NCBI RefSeq assembly: GCF_963921235.1
Contig: NC_086097.1
Span: 243,848,001 to 243,912,000 of the forward strand
Length of the DNA stretch: 64,000 nt
From: Mobula hypostoma
Taxonomy: Eukaryota
Reading direction: 5' to 3'
In this document: positions 11,166 to 22,632 of the stretch, one piece after another
How positions within the stretch are numbered: position 1 is the stretch's first letter
Layout of the letters: every line of letters starts with the position of its first letter
The notes under the pieces: model-generated
Database searches by the model: none
Told to the model about the DNA's origin: nothing
What the model saw: only the letters and a program-made list of their open reading frames with translations
Position numbers and translations under genes: made by a program

Positions 11166-13660
11166 ATAGAAACATAGAAAATAGGTGCAGGAGTAGGCCA
11201 TTCGGCCCTTTGACCCTGCACCGACATTTATTATGATCATGGCTGATCATCCAACTCAGAACCCCGCCCCAGCCTTCCCTCCATACCCCCTGACCCCCGT
11301 AGCCACAAGGGCCATATCTAACTCCCTCTTAAATATAGCCAATGAACTGGTCTCAACTGTTTCCTATGGCAGAGAATTCCACAGATTCACCACTCTCTGT
11401 GTGAAGAAGTTTTTCCTAATCTCGGTCCTAAAAGGCTTCCCCTCTATCCTCAAACTGTGGCCCCTCGTTCTGGACTTCCCCAACATCGGGAACAATCTTC
11501 CTGCATCTAGCCTGTCCAATCCCTTTAGGATCTTATATGTTTCAATCAGATCCCCCCTCAATCTTCTAAATTCCAACGAGTACAAGCCCAGTTCATCCAG
11601 TCTTTCTTCATATGAAAGACCTGCCATCCCAGGAATCAATCTGGTGAACCTTCTTTGTACTCCCTCTAAGGCAAGGATGTCTTTCCTCAGATTAGGGGAC
11701 CAAAACTGCACACAATACTCCAGGTGTGGTCTCACCAAGGCCTTGTACAACTGCAGTAGTACCTCCCTGCTCCTGTACTCGAATCCTCTTGCTATAAATG
11801 CCAGCATACCATTCGCCTTTTTCACCGCCTGCTGTACCTGCATGCCCACTTTCAATGACTGGTGTATAATGACACCCAGGTCTCGTTGCACCTCCCCTTT
11901 TCCTAATCGGCCACCATTCAGATAATAATCTGTTTTCCTATTTTTGCCACCAAAGTGGATAACTTCACATTTATCCACATTAAATTGCATCTGCCATGAA
12001 TTTGCCCACTCACCCAACCTATCCAAGTCACCCTGCATCCTCTTAGCATCCTCCTCACAGCTAACACTGCCACCCAGCTTCGTGTCATCCGCAAACTTGG
12101 AGATGCTGCATTTAATTCCCTCATCCAAGTCATTAATATATATTGTAAACAACTGGGGTCCCAGCACTGAGACTTGCGGTACCCCACTAGTCACCGCCTG
12201 TCATTCTGAAAAGGTCCCGTTTATTCCCACTCTTTGCTTCCTGTCTGCTAACCAATTCTCCACCCACACCAATACCTTACCCCCAATACCGTGTGCTTTA
12301 AGTTTGCACACTAATCTTCTGTGTGGGACCTTGTCAAAAGCCTTTTGAAAATCCAAATATACCACATCCACTGGTTCTCCCCTATCCACTCTACTAGTTA
12401 CATCCTCAAAAAATTCTATGAGATTCGTCAGACATGATTTTCCTTTCACAAATCCATGCTGACTTTGTCCGATCATTTCACCGCTTTCCAAATGTGCTGT
12501 TATCACATCCTTGATAACTGACTCCAGCAGTTTCCCCACCACCGACGTTAGGCTAACCGGTCTATAATTCCCCGGTTTCTCTCTCCCTCCTTTTTTAAAA
12601 AGTGGAGTTACATTAGCCACCCTCCAATCCTCAGGAACTAGTCCAGAATCTAACGAGTTTTGAAAAATTATCACTAATGCATCCACTATTTCTTGGGCTA
12701 CTTCCTTAAGCACTCTAGGATGCAGACCATCTGGCCCTGGGGATTTATCTGCCTTTAATCCCTTCAATTTACCTAACACCACTTCCCTACTAACATGTAT
12801 TTCGCTCAGTTCCTCCATCCCACTGGACCCTCTGTCCCCTACTATTTCTGGAAGATTATTTATGTCCTCCTTAGTGAAGACAGAACCAAAGTAATTATTC
12901 AATTGGTCTGCCATGTCCTTGCTCCCCATAATCAATTCACCTGTTTATGTCTGTAGGGGACCTACATTTGTTTTTACCAGTCTTTTCCTTTTTACATATC
13001 TATAAAAGCTTTTACAGTCCGTTTTTATGTTCCCTGCCAGTTTTCTCTCATAATCTTTTCTCCCCTTCCTAATTAAGCCCTTTGTCCTCCTCTGCTGAAC
13101 TCTGAATTTCTCCCAGTCCTCAGGTGAGCCACTTTCTCTGGCTAATTTGTACGCTTCTTCTTTGGAATTGATACTATCCCTAATTTCTCTTGTCAGCCAC
13201 GGGTGCACTACCTTCCTTGATTTATTCTTTTGCCAAACTGGGATGAACAATTGTTGTAGTTCATCCATGCAACCTTTAAATGCTTGCCATTGCATATCCA
13301 CCGTCAATCCTTTAAGTGTCATTTGCCAGTCTATCTTAGCTAATTCACGTCTCATACCTTCAAAGTTGCCCCTCTTTAAGTTCAGAACCTTTGTTTCTGA
13401 ATTAACTATGTCACTCTCCATCTTAATGAAGAATTCCACCATATTATGGTCACTCTTACCCAAGGGGCCTCTCATGACAAGATCGCTAATTAACCCTTCC
13501 TCATTGCTCAAAACCCAGTCCAGAATAGCCTGCTCTCTAGTTGGTTCCTCGACATGTTGGTTCAAAAAACCATCCCGCATACATTCCAAGAAATCCTCTT
13601 CCTCAGCACCTTTACCAATTTGGTTCACCCAATCTACATGCAGATTGAAGTCACCCATTA
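11166..13660 (-). mobile_element. Young 5'-truncated CR1 LINE; ORF2 (partial APE endonuclease plus RT) with in-frame stops
   Basis: ORFs 12945-13658, 12201-12935 and 11364-12194 are in one frame; MGDFN, SDH, NYRPVSLTS, YLDFQKAFDKVPH, KFADDTK motifs; (tttctatg)n 3' tail. Confidence 0.97.
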
Positions 13661-14139
13661 TTGAATGTCCCTAATGTATCTGCATTATCTGTTTTGCATT
13701 GGTATGTTTCTAATTTGGATTTGAGAAGCTGCCCACTGCAGGTTATCATTTAAGTGTTCATTTCTCTAAGCAATGGCATATTTGTGTTCTGCCTTCACCT
13801 GCAACAGAGAATAGATTTATCCTGTCTGCTTTCCCCCATGGTTCATTCTCCTGTCCTATCAGATTCCTTCTTCATCAGCATTTTGCTTCTTCTGCCTATC
13901 ACCTCTGAGCATTCCACTTCACTGCTTCCCTCCCACCTACCTACCTTTTCCCCTCACCTGGCTTCACCTATCACCTTCCCGCTCGTTCTGATTCCCCCCC
14001 TCCACTGCTGCTCATTCTGGCTTCTTGCCCCCTTCCTTTCCAGTCCTGACTTAATTTATTTCTTCTATTCAGATACAGCACGAAACAGCCCCTTCCAGAC
14101 CAACAAGGCCCAGCAACCCACCTATATTTAACCACAAGC

Positions 14140-14255
14140 GGGACTTTCCAGTGACCAAATGTATTAATTCTCAATCCCATTCCCTTTCTGAAGTGTCGAT
14201 CCATGGCCTCCGCCTGCTAAAATGAGGCCACCCCAGGGGAGGGGCAATACCTTAT
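14140..14255 (+). mobile_element. Old Penelope-like element fragment (resumes at 18776-19175)
   Basis: aatgaggccaccc..caataccttata continues as gtctgggtagcctccaacc after the nested block, matching contiguous copies near 19580-19650 and 52180-52250. Confidence 0.65.
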
Positions 14256-14435
14256 AGTCTATTGTTATAGTCTATTTTTTATCTCCCCCTCCCCCTCCCA
14301 CTTTCAAATCTCTTACTAGCTCTTCCTTCAGTTAGTCCTGATTAAAGGTCTCAGCCCGACACGTTAACGGTACCTCTTCCTAGAGATGCTGCCTGGCCTG
14401 CTGCGTTCACCAGCAACTTTGATGTGTGTTGTTTG

Positions 14436-16633
14436 TGAAGCACCTTCAATTACTCCAAAAGACTGAGGTTTGGTAAAATACCGAAAGGCTTTTATTCGCT
14501 GTACAATACGACATCCACAGTGAGTGTCTGCCCCCGGACTGAGGGGGAGGGGCAAGGCGAACACCTTTATACAGGACTCTGTGGGAGGAGCCACAGGGGC
14601 AGTCAGCAGAGGTGTGTGTCCAGACAGGTAACCGAGTTACAACATATATACATGGTTTACCACATTCACCCCTCCTTTTTTTAAAAAGAGTCCCGCGGGG
14701 TGAAGTGACTGACAATATTTACAAGAAGTATATTTACAGGTTAAGTCTATCAGGCGGTCGAGTCCGTCGCTGTGATCTACGTAGCACCGGCGATGGCGGT
14801 TGTGCTGGCTCCGGCCTGACTTCAGGTGCCAGCACGCTAGGCGTCGGTAATCCCTCGTGCGTGTGCGTCGCGCCCGGTATGGGAGTGTCGTGTGGTGTCT
14901 GTGTAGGGTTTGGGGCGCGCGGTGTCTCGTAGGTACATACATTGGTGGGTATGGGGTCAATAGTCACCACAGAGTGTTCAGGGTAGGGGCCCGGAGCTCC
15001 TGCGGGCACCAGGTCGTGGATGGAGACCGTGTCCTCCCGCCCATCAGGTAAAACCACGTAGGCATACTGGGGGTTCGCATGAAGTAAGTGAACCCTCTCG
15101 ACCATCGGGGAGTATTTATTGCTCCTCGCATGTTTCTGGAGCAGCACTGGCCCCGGGGACGTCAGCCAAGTTGGTAGGGTGGCTCCAGTGGTCGATTTTC
15201 TGGGAAAAGAAAAGAGCCGCTCATGAGGGGTGGCATTGGTGGCCGTGCGTAACAGGGAGCGGATGGAATGGAGTGCCTCGGGAAGGACCTCCTGCCAGCG
15301 GGAGACCGACAGTCCCTTTGACCTGAGGGCTAAGAGTGTGGCTTTCCACACTGTGCCATTCTCCTTCTCTACCTGTCCATTCCCCCGGGGATTATAGCTC
15401 GCGGTCCTACTGGTTGCAATTCCCCTAGCCAGTAGATATTGGCGCAGCTCGTCACTCATAAACGAGGACCCTCTGTCACTGTGGATATAGCATGGGTATC
15501 CGAACAGAGTGAAGAGCTTGCGCAGGGCTTTTATAACTGACGTGGTAGTGGTGTCGGGGCAGGGGATGGCGAAGGGGAACCGCGAGTACTCGTCAATTAC
15601 GTTAAGAAAGTACACATTGCGTCGGTGGAGGGAAGGGGGCCCTTAACGTCAACACTCAGTCGCCCAAAGGGGCGGGTGGCCTTGATGAGTGGTGCCTTTT
15701 CGGGTCGGTAGAAGTGCGGTTTGCACTCTGCGCAGACTTGGCAGTCCCTGGTCATCATCCTGATCTCCTCAAGGGAGTAAGGCAGGTTCCGGGCTTTCAT
15801 GAAGTGGAAAAGCCGGGTGACTCCCGGGTGGCAAAGGTCTACATGTAGGGCGTATAGCCGGTCGATCTGCACGCTGGCACATGTTACCCGGGATAGGGCA
15901 TCGGAGGGCTCGTTGAGCTTCCCAGGCCTGTACATGATGTCATAGTTGTAGGTGGAGAGTTCGATTCTCCACCTCAGAATTTTATCATTTTTGATTTTGC
16001 TCCGCTGCTGATTATTAAACATGAACGCAACTGAGCGCTGGTCAGTTAGCAGGGTGAACCTTTTGCCGGCAAGATAGTGCCTCCAGTGCCTTATAGCTTC
16101 CACTATGGCCTGGGCCTCTTTCTCTACCGCAGAGTGCCGAATTTCAGGGCCTTGAAGGGTACGGGAGAAGAACGCCACTGGTCTTCCTGCCTGGTTGAGG
16201 GTAGCAGCCAGCGCAAAGTCGGAGGCGTCACTCTCTACTTGGAAGGGAATGACCTCGTCCACCGCATGCATTGCTGCTTTGGCAATGTCCCCTTTTATGC
16301 GGTTGAAGGCCGTGTGGGCCTCGGCAGAGAGGGGGAATGTGGTGGAGGTCTAATTTTTCTGGTCTCAGGGCCTGTTCCATGTTTTAAAATGTACAGTGAA
16401 TAAAATTGAAGCACCTTCAATTACTCCAAAACTGAGGTTTGATAAAATACTGAAAGGCTTTTCTTCGCTGTACAATACGACGTCCACAGTGAGTGTCTGC
16501 CCCCGGACTGAGGGTGAGGGGGAAGTCGAACACCTTTATACAGGACTCTGTGGGAGGGGCCACAGGGGCAGTCAGCAGAGGGGTGTGTCCAGACAGGCAA
16601 CCAAGTTACAACATAAATACATGGTTTACCGCA
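14436..16633 (-). mobile_element. Ty3/Gypsy LTR retrotransposon, internally deleted (most of gag, PR and RT lost)
   Basis: LTRs 14436-14664 and 16407-16633 (TG...CA, about 13 substitutions plus one 2-bp indel by eye); PPT antisense at 14665-14682; 5-bp TSD gtttg/gcttg. Confidence 0.95.
14734..16345 (-). pseudogene. pol: Gypsy pol remnant: RNase H plus integrase (HHCC, DDE), frameshifted near 15615
   Basis: VESDAS, EKEAQA, LTDQ, SDALSR (RNase H); H..LCH...CQVC; VIDEYSRF, HSDRGSSF, NGQVEK (integrase); C-terminal RRSQR..RPPDRL. Confidence 0.93.
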
Positions 16634-16678
16634 GCTTGAATTTCCAGCATCTGCAGAATTCCTCGTGTTTGCGAGTCT

Positions 16679-18775
16679 ATTGTTCATCCCAGTTTGGCAA
16701 AAGAATAAACCAAGGAAGGTAGTGCACCCGTGGCTGACAAGGGAAATTAGGGATAGTATCAATGCCAAAGAAAAAACATACAAGTTAGCCAGAAAAAGCT
16801 GCACACCTGAGGAATGGGAGAAATTCAGAGTCCAGCAGAGGAGGACAAAGGGCTTAATTAGGAAAAGGAAAAAAGATTATGAGAGAAAACTGGCAGGGAA
16901 CGTAAAAACTGACTGTAAAAGCTTTTATAGATATGTGAAAAGAAAAAGATTGGTTAAGACAAATGTAGGTCCCTTACAGTCAGAAACAGGTGAATTGAAT
17001 CATGGGGAACAAGGACATGGCAGACAAATTGAATAACTACTTCACTAAGGTCTGTCTTCACTAAGGAGGACATAAATAATCTTCCAGAAATAGTAGGGGA
17101 CCGAGGGTCTAGTGAGATGGAGGAACTGAGGGAAATACATGTTAGTAGGGAAGTGGTGTTAGGTAAATTGAAGGGTTTAAAGGCAGATAAATCCCCAGGG
17201 CCAGATGGTCTGCATCCCAGAGTGCTTAAGGAAGTAACCCAAGAAATAGTGGATGCATTAGTGATAATTTTTCAGAACTCTTTAGATTCTGGATTAGTTC
17301 CTGAGGATTGGAGGGTGGCTAATATAATCCCGCTTTTTAAAAAAGGAGGGAGAGAGAAACCGGGGAATTATAGACCGGTTAACCTAACATCGGTGGTGGG
17401 GAAAATGCTAGAGTCAGTTATCAAAGATGTGATAACAGCACATTTGGAAAGCAGTGAAATCATCGCACAAAGTCAGCATGGATTTGTGAAAGGAAAATCA
17501 TGTCTGACGAATCTCATAGAATTTTTTGAGGATGTAACTAGTAGAGTGGATGGGGGAGAACCAGTGGATGTGGTATATTTGGATTTTCAAAAGGCTTTTG
17601 ACAAGGTCCCACACAGGAGATTAGTGTGCAAACTTAAAGCACACGGTATTGGGGGTAAGGTATTGATGTGGATAGAGAATTGGTTGACAGACAGGAAGCA
17701 AAGAGTGGGAATAAACGGGACCTTTTCAGAATGGCAGGCAGTGACTAGTGGGGTACCGCAAGGCTCAGTGCTGGGACCCCAGTTGTTTACAATATATATT
17801 AATGACTTAGACAAGGGAATTAAATGCAACATCTCCAAGTTTGCGGATGACACGAAGCTGGGTGGCAGTTCTAGCTGTGAGGAGGATGCTAAGAGGATGC
17901 AGGGTGACTTGGATAGGTTAGGTGAGTGGGCAAATTCATGGCAGATGCAATTTAATGTGGATAAATGTGAGGTTATCCACTTTGGTGGAAAAAACAGGAA
18001 AACAGATTATTATCTGAATGGTGGCCGATTAGGAAAAGGGGAGGTGCAACGACACCTGGGTGTCATTGTACACCAGTCATTGAAAGTGGGCATGCAGGTA
18101 CAGCAGGCGGTGAAAAAGGCAAATGGTATGCTGGCATTTATAGCAAGACGATTCGAGTACAGGAGCAGGGGGGTACTACTGCAGTTGTACAAGGCCTTGG
18201 TGAGACCACACCTGGAGTATTGTGTGCAGTTTTGGTCCCCTAATCTGAGGAAAGACATCCTTGCCATAGAAGGAGTACAAAGAAGGTTCACCAGATTGAT
18301 TCCTGGGATGGCAGGACTTTCATATGATGAAAGACTGGATCGACTAGGCTTATCGTTTCTGGAATTTAGAAGATTGAGGGGGGATCTGATTGAAACGTAT
18401 AAAATTCTAAAGGGATTGGACAGGCCAGATGCAGGAAGATTGTTCCCGATGTTGGGGAAGTCCAGAACGAGGGGTCACAGTTTGAGGATAAAGGGGAAGC
18501 CTTTTAGGACCGAGATGAGGAAATATTTTTTCACACAGAGAGTGGTGAATCTGTGGAATTCTCTGCCACAGGAAACAGTTAAGGCCAGTTCATTGGCTAT
18601 ATTTAAGAGGGAGTTAGATATGGCCCTTGCGGCTAAAGGGATCAGGGGGTATGGAGGGAAGACAGGTATAGGGTTCTGAGTTGGATGATCAGCCATGATC
18701 ATACTGAATGCTGGTGCAGGTTCGAAGGGCCGAATGGCCTACTCCTGCACCTATTTTCTATGTTTCTATGTTTCT
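16679..18775 (+). mobile_element. Young 5'-truncated CR1 LINE, same subfamily as 11166-13660
   Basis: Near-identical protein to the minus copy; (tttctatg)n tail at 18755-18775. Confidence 0.97.
17117..18679 (+). CDS. Uninterrupted 520-aa CR1 ORF2 segment (RT domain plus C-terminus; no endonuclease)
   Basis: [54 protein letters not shown]. Confidence 0.9.
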   Translation: MEELREIHVSREVVLGKLKGLKADKSPGPDGLHPRVLKEVTQEIVDALVIIFQNSLDSGLVPEDWRVANIIPLFKKGGREKPGNYRPVNLTSVVGKMLESVIKDVITAHLESSEIIAQSQHGFVKGKSCLTNLIEFFEDVTSRVDGGEPVDVVYLDFQKAFDKVPHRRLVCKLKAHGIGGKVLMWIENWLTDRKQRVGINGTFSEWQAVTSGVPQGSVLGPQLFTIYINDLDKGIKCNISKFADDTKLGGSSSCEEDAKRMQGDLDRLGEWANSWQMQFNVDKCEVIHFGGKNRKTDYYLNGGRLGKGEVQRHLGVIVHQSLKVGMQVQQAVKKANGMLAFIARRFEYRSRGVLLQLYKALVRPHLEYCVQFWSPNLRKDILAIEGVQRRFTRLIPGMAGLSYDERLDRLGLSFLEFRRLRGDLIETYKILKGLDRPDAGRLFPMLGKSRTRGHSLRIKGKPFRTEMRKYFFTQRVVNLWNSLPQETVKASSLAIFKRELDMALAAKGIRGYGGKTGIGF

Positions 18776-19439
18776 GTCTGGGTAGCCTCCAACCTGATGG
18801 CATGAATATCGATTTCTTCTGCTGAACAAAAATTTCCCCCCCCACCCCACGTTTCCCATTCTGACTTTTTTACTTCTTCTTACCTGCCTATCACTTCCCC
18901 CTGGGTCCCTTCCCCCTTCCCTCTTTCCTATGGTCCACTCTCCTTTCCTATCAGATTCCTTCTTCTCCAGCCTTCGACTTTTCCCATCCTGGCTTCACCT
19001 ATCACCTTCCAGCCAGCCTCCCTCTATCTTCTCATTCAGCATCTGTCCCCTTCCTTTCCAGTCCTGAAGAAGGGTCTCGTCTGTTTGCTCTTTTCCATAG
19101 ATGTTGCCTGACCTGCTGAGTTGCTCCAGCATTTTGTGTGTGTTGCTTTGGATTTCCAGCATCTGCAGATTTCCCTTAGCCTAGTCACAGGACAATTTAC
19201 AATGACCAATTAACCTAATTAGTCTTGGGACTCTAGGTGGAAACTGGAGCACCAGAGTAAACTTACACAGTCATTGGGGGAATGTACAAACTCCTTACAG
19301 ACAGCATCAGAATTGAACTCCAACTCCAGAATGCCCTGAGGTGTAATAGCGAAAAAGGAGGAGAAGATGGTGGCGCGACGCAGCACGCACGGCCACTCCG
19401 GAATGTTATCTGTATTTGTCAAGTAGGGTACCTGGAGAC

Positions 19440-19840
19440 CTAGAGTAAATTGGAGGGCTGTTTCGTTGAGTACTTCTGCTCCATCCACAAAAGGTGAGAT
19501 TTCCCGGTGGCTAACCATTTTAATTCCAATTCCCTTTCCTGTTCCAACATGTCAGTCCACCGCCTCCCCTTGTGTCATGATGAGGCCACTCTCAGAGTGG
19601 AGGAGGAACACTTCATATTCCATCTTGGTAGCCTCCAAATTATTGGCATGAACACCGATTTCTCCTTTGGGAGTTTTCTCCCCCTCCACGTTTCCACCTC
19701 TCCTATTCCCCGCTCTGGCCTCTGACCTTTTCTTCTCATCTCCCTTGTGCCCTTCCTCTTTCCCTTTCTCCTATGGTCCACTCTGCTCTCCTATCAGATT
19801 CTTTCATCTTCGGCCCTTTACCTTTCCCACCCACCTCCCT
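19440..19840 (+). mobile_element. Penelope-like element 3' fragment
   Basis: VANHFNS.S.S.S.MSVH.L..CHDEATLRVEEEH.IFHLGSLQ..GMN GIY-YIG C-terminal relic plus pyrimidine-rich tail. Confidence 0.7.
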
Positions 19841-19915
19841 ATGAATGCGTGGGTTTCCTCTGTGTGCTCTGGTTTCCTGCCACAGTCCAAAGACGTATCG
19901 GTTGAGTAGGTTAAT

Positions 19916-20326
19916 TACTCACTTACTGTCCATTATGTCACCGGTGTTTAGAGCAGTAATGAAAGTCCTCCATCTCTGCCAGTCTTCACGGCTTCCTTCA
20001 GTATGTCAGCAGCTTCCCCTCGATTTTCACTACCGTCAGTCATGTAAATCCCCAGTAGAAATTCAGGAATACCATCACACTCAGATCTAAAAGAATTCTT
20101 TATTGCTGTTTCTGTCACAGTTTTATTTGACCAGTCAGGGTTGTTAGCCCTGAGCTGAACCCCCAAACCTGGAGGACTGGTGGACCACTCTCAGTCTGGC
20201 CTCCACACTTTGACCTGTACCAAGAGCTAAAGCACAAGGCCCTGACTCCAGCCAACATAGCTCTCTGAGTCATTAAGACATTCAAGCCTCCAAAGCCTAT
20301 GACAGGGTTGTGGTCCTCTAGGAGGA
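19916..20326 (-). mobile_element. RTE-derived non-autonomous element inserted in a V-SINE
   Basis: 11-bp TSD agtaggttaat (19905-19915, 20327-20337); V-SINE halves on both sides; RWRTFITAL-type RTE C-terminus on minus. Confidence 0.75.
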
Positions 20327-22089
20327 AGTAGGTTAATGGGTCATTGTAAATTATCCTGGCTGGGTGAGTTGGTGGGCAGAGCAGCTCATTGGACTAGAAG
20401 AGCCTGTTCCACACTGTGTAAATAAAAGAAATGAAAACGTATGTGTAGAAAGTTTGATTTCATTGGTCGGAGCATCGAGTAGAAAAATTAAGAAGTCATG
20501 TTGCACTGTACAAGAAGATGGTGAGATCCCATTTGAGGATGGGCAGGCTTGGACTTCTATTCCTTAGAGCATAGGAAACTTGGGGGGTGTGGGTGACTTT
20601 ATAGAGGAGCACAAAATCATGATTGGCATAGACAGGGTGAATGTATACAGTCTTTTTCCAGGGAAGGAGAACCAAAACCTGGAACGTGTTGCAGAGGGAT
20701 GCGATGCGCTGCGCTGGACTGCTGCCACAAAACGGATGCCGGATTGTGCTAACGTGGGGACAGGGAACCGCAGACAAAGCCGAGAAGTAGAGACATAGAA
20801 TGCAGCAGTGACCACACCCAGGTTTCAGGAAGTTCACTAATTATGTTATAGTGTGCACCCATTACTGTAATAGAAAATTGCACTTACTTCTGGACCTGCG
20901 GATAATCATTTTATTCTCTCATCAAGACTTAGTCTGTTACTTATTAAAGCCACCATTCTGTCACCAAGATGTAGTTTTGCTGGTAATCTTGTCAACTGGG
21001 AATGTAAAGGCTGTACCTAATTCATGCTGAGGGAGCTCAGCTTTAACTGGTTTCCTGGTGCGAACCGGTTTTTAATGAATCACCCGTTATTTAGAACACC
21101 AGCTCCATGTGACCTTTCAGTTTGTTCCTACAGAGAGGAAAGCTTTAACAGGACCCTAAGGGAAAATGTCTATATGCAGGTCATGGGCTGGTGTGTACTC
21201 ATTGGGCCAATGTATTACTCTTTGAATTTATAGGTGGTTTTCCTTGATGGATTCTTGGAAGTAGAGAAAAGAGTGCTTTCAGATATCATGCAAATTTCAT
21301 TACCTTCTCCATTTTTTGCTTCGCTTAAGAGACCATAAGACCACAATTAGACAGAATTAGGCTGCACGGCCCACTGAATCTGTTCCACCATTTCATCATG
21401 GCTGATTTATTTTCCTTCTTGACCCAATTCTCCTTCCGTCTCCCTGGAGCTTTTGACGCCCAATCTAATCAACAACCTATCAACCTTCACTTTACATAAA
21501 CCCAAAGACTAGGCTGCTACAGACAACTGTGGCAATGAATTCCATAGATTCACTACCCTCTGGCTTAAGAAATTCCTTCTCATTTTTGTTCTAAAGGGAC
21601 ATCCTTCTGTTCAAAGCCTGCGTCCTCTGGTCCTACACTCTCCCACTATAGGAAACATCCTCTCCACATCCACTCTATCAAGGCCTTTCAATATTCAATT
21701 GGTTTCAATGAGATCCTCCCTCATTCTTCTAAACTCCAGCGGGTACAGGCCCAAACCATCAAATGCTCCTCATGTATTAACCCTTTCATTCGTAGAATCG
21801 TTCTCATGAGCCTCCTTTGGACCTTCTTCAATGCCAGCACATCTTTTCTTAGATAAGGGAACCATAAGCGCTCTCAGTACTCCAATTGCTGTTTGACCTA
21901 AGCCTCAACGTTGCATTCTTGATCTTATACTATAGTCCTCTCGAAATTAAAACAAACTCTGTATTTCTCTTCCTTACCACCAATTCAACCTGCAAGTTAA
22001 CCTCTAAGGAAGCCTCAAGTCCTTTTTCTTCCCATATAGAAAATAGTGTTTGCTATTATTCCTTCTCCCAAAGTGCATGACCATACATT

Positions 22090-22127
22090 TAGTCCTGACG
22101 AAGGGTCTCGGCCTGAAACGTCGACTG
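22090..22127 (+). ncRNA. Minimal type I hammerhead ribozyme motif in a Penelope-derived repeat
   Basis: TAGTC-CTGACGA-AGG gtctcgg CCT-GAAAC-GTC-GACTG: stem I, catalytic core, stem II, palindromic stem III, GUC site. Confidence 0.8.
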
Positions 22128-22632
22128 CGCCTCTTCCTATAGATGCTGCTTGGCCTGCTGCGTTCACCAGCAACTTTGATGTGTGTTGCTTGAATTTCCA
22201 GCATCTGCAGAATTCCTGTTGTTTCCCTACATTATATTCGTTCTGCCACTCCTTTACCCATTCTCATAATCTGTCTGAGTCTTTCTCTAGACTCCCTGCT
22301 TACTCAACAATACTTGCCCCTCCAACTATCTTCGAAACTTGCTGACAAAGCCATCGATTCTGTCATCCAAATCTCTGGCGTATTACTTGAAAAGAAGCGG
22401 TCCCAAAATCAACCAGAACAGGTCCCCTATATTCTCGTACTTTGCCTCCTGCCAGTCAGCTAATTTTCTCTCCATGTAATGCCATGTAATACCATGGACC
22501 CTTGTTTTGCTAAGCAGCCTCACGTACAACAGCTTGTCAAAGGACTTCTGAAAATCCAAATAAATAACATCTACTGACCCTCCTTTGTCTATCCCGCTTG
22601 TTATTTCCTCAAAGAATTCCAACAGATTTGTC

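Noticed and set aside
11233..12348. Long + strand ORFs (230 aa and 134 aa)
   Set aside because: Antisense shadows of CR1 ORF2; the same shadow peptides recur opposite other CR1 copies
17117..18679. Active or domesticated reverse transcriptase gene, or a retron/DGR-type system
   Set aside because: 5'-truncated CR1 copy with no promoter, ORF1 or endonuclease and an upstream frameshift; the open frame is explained by young age
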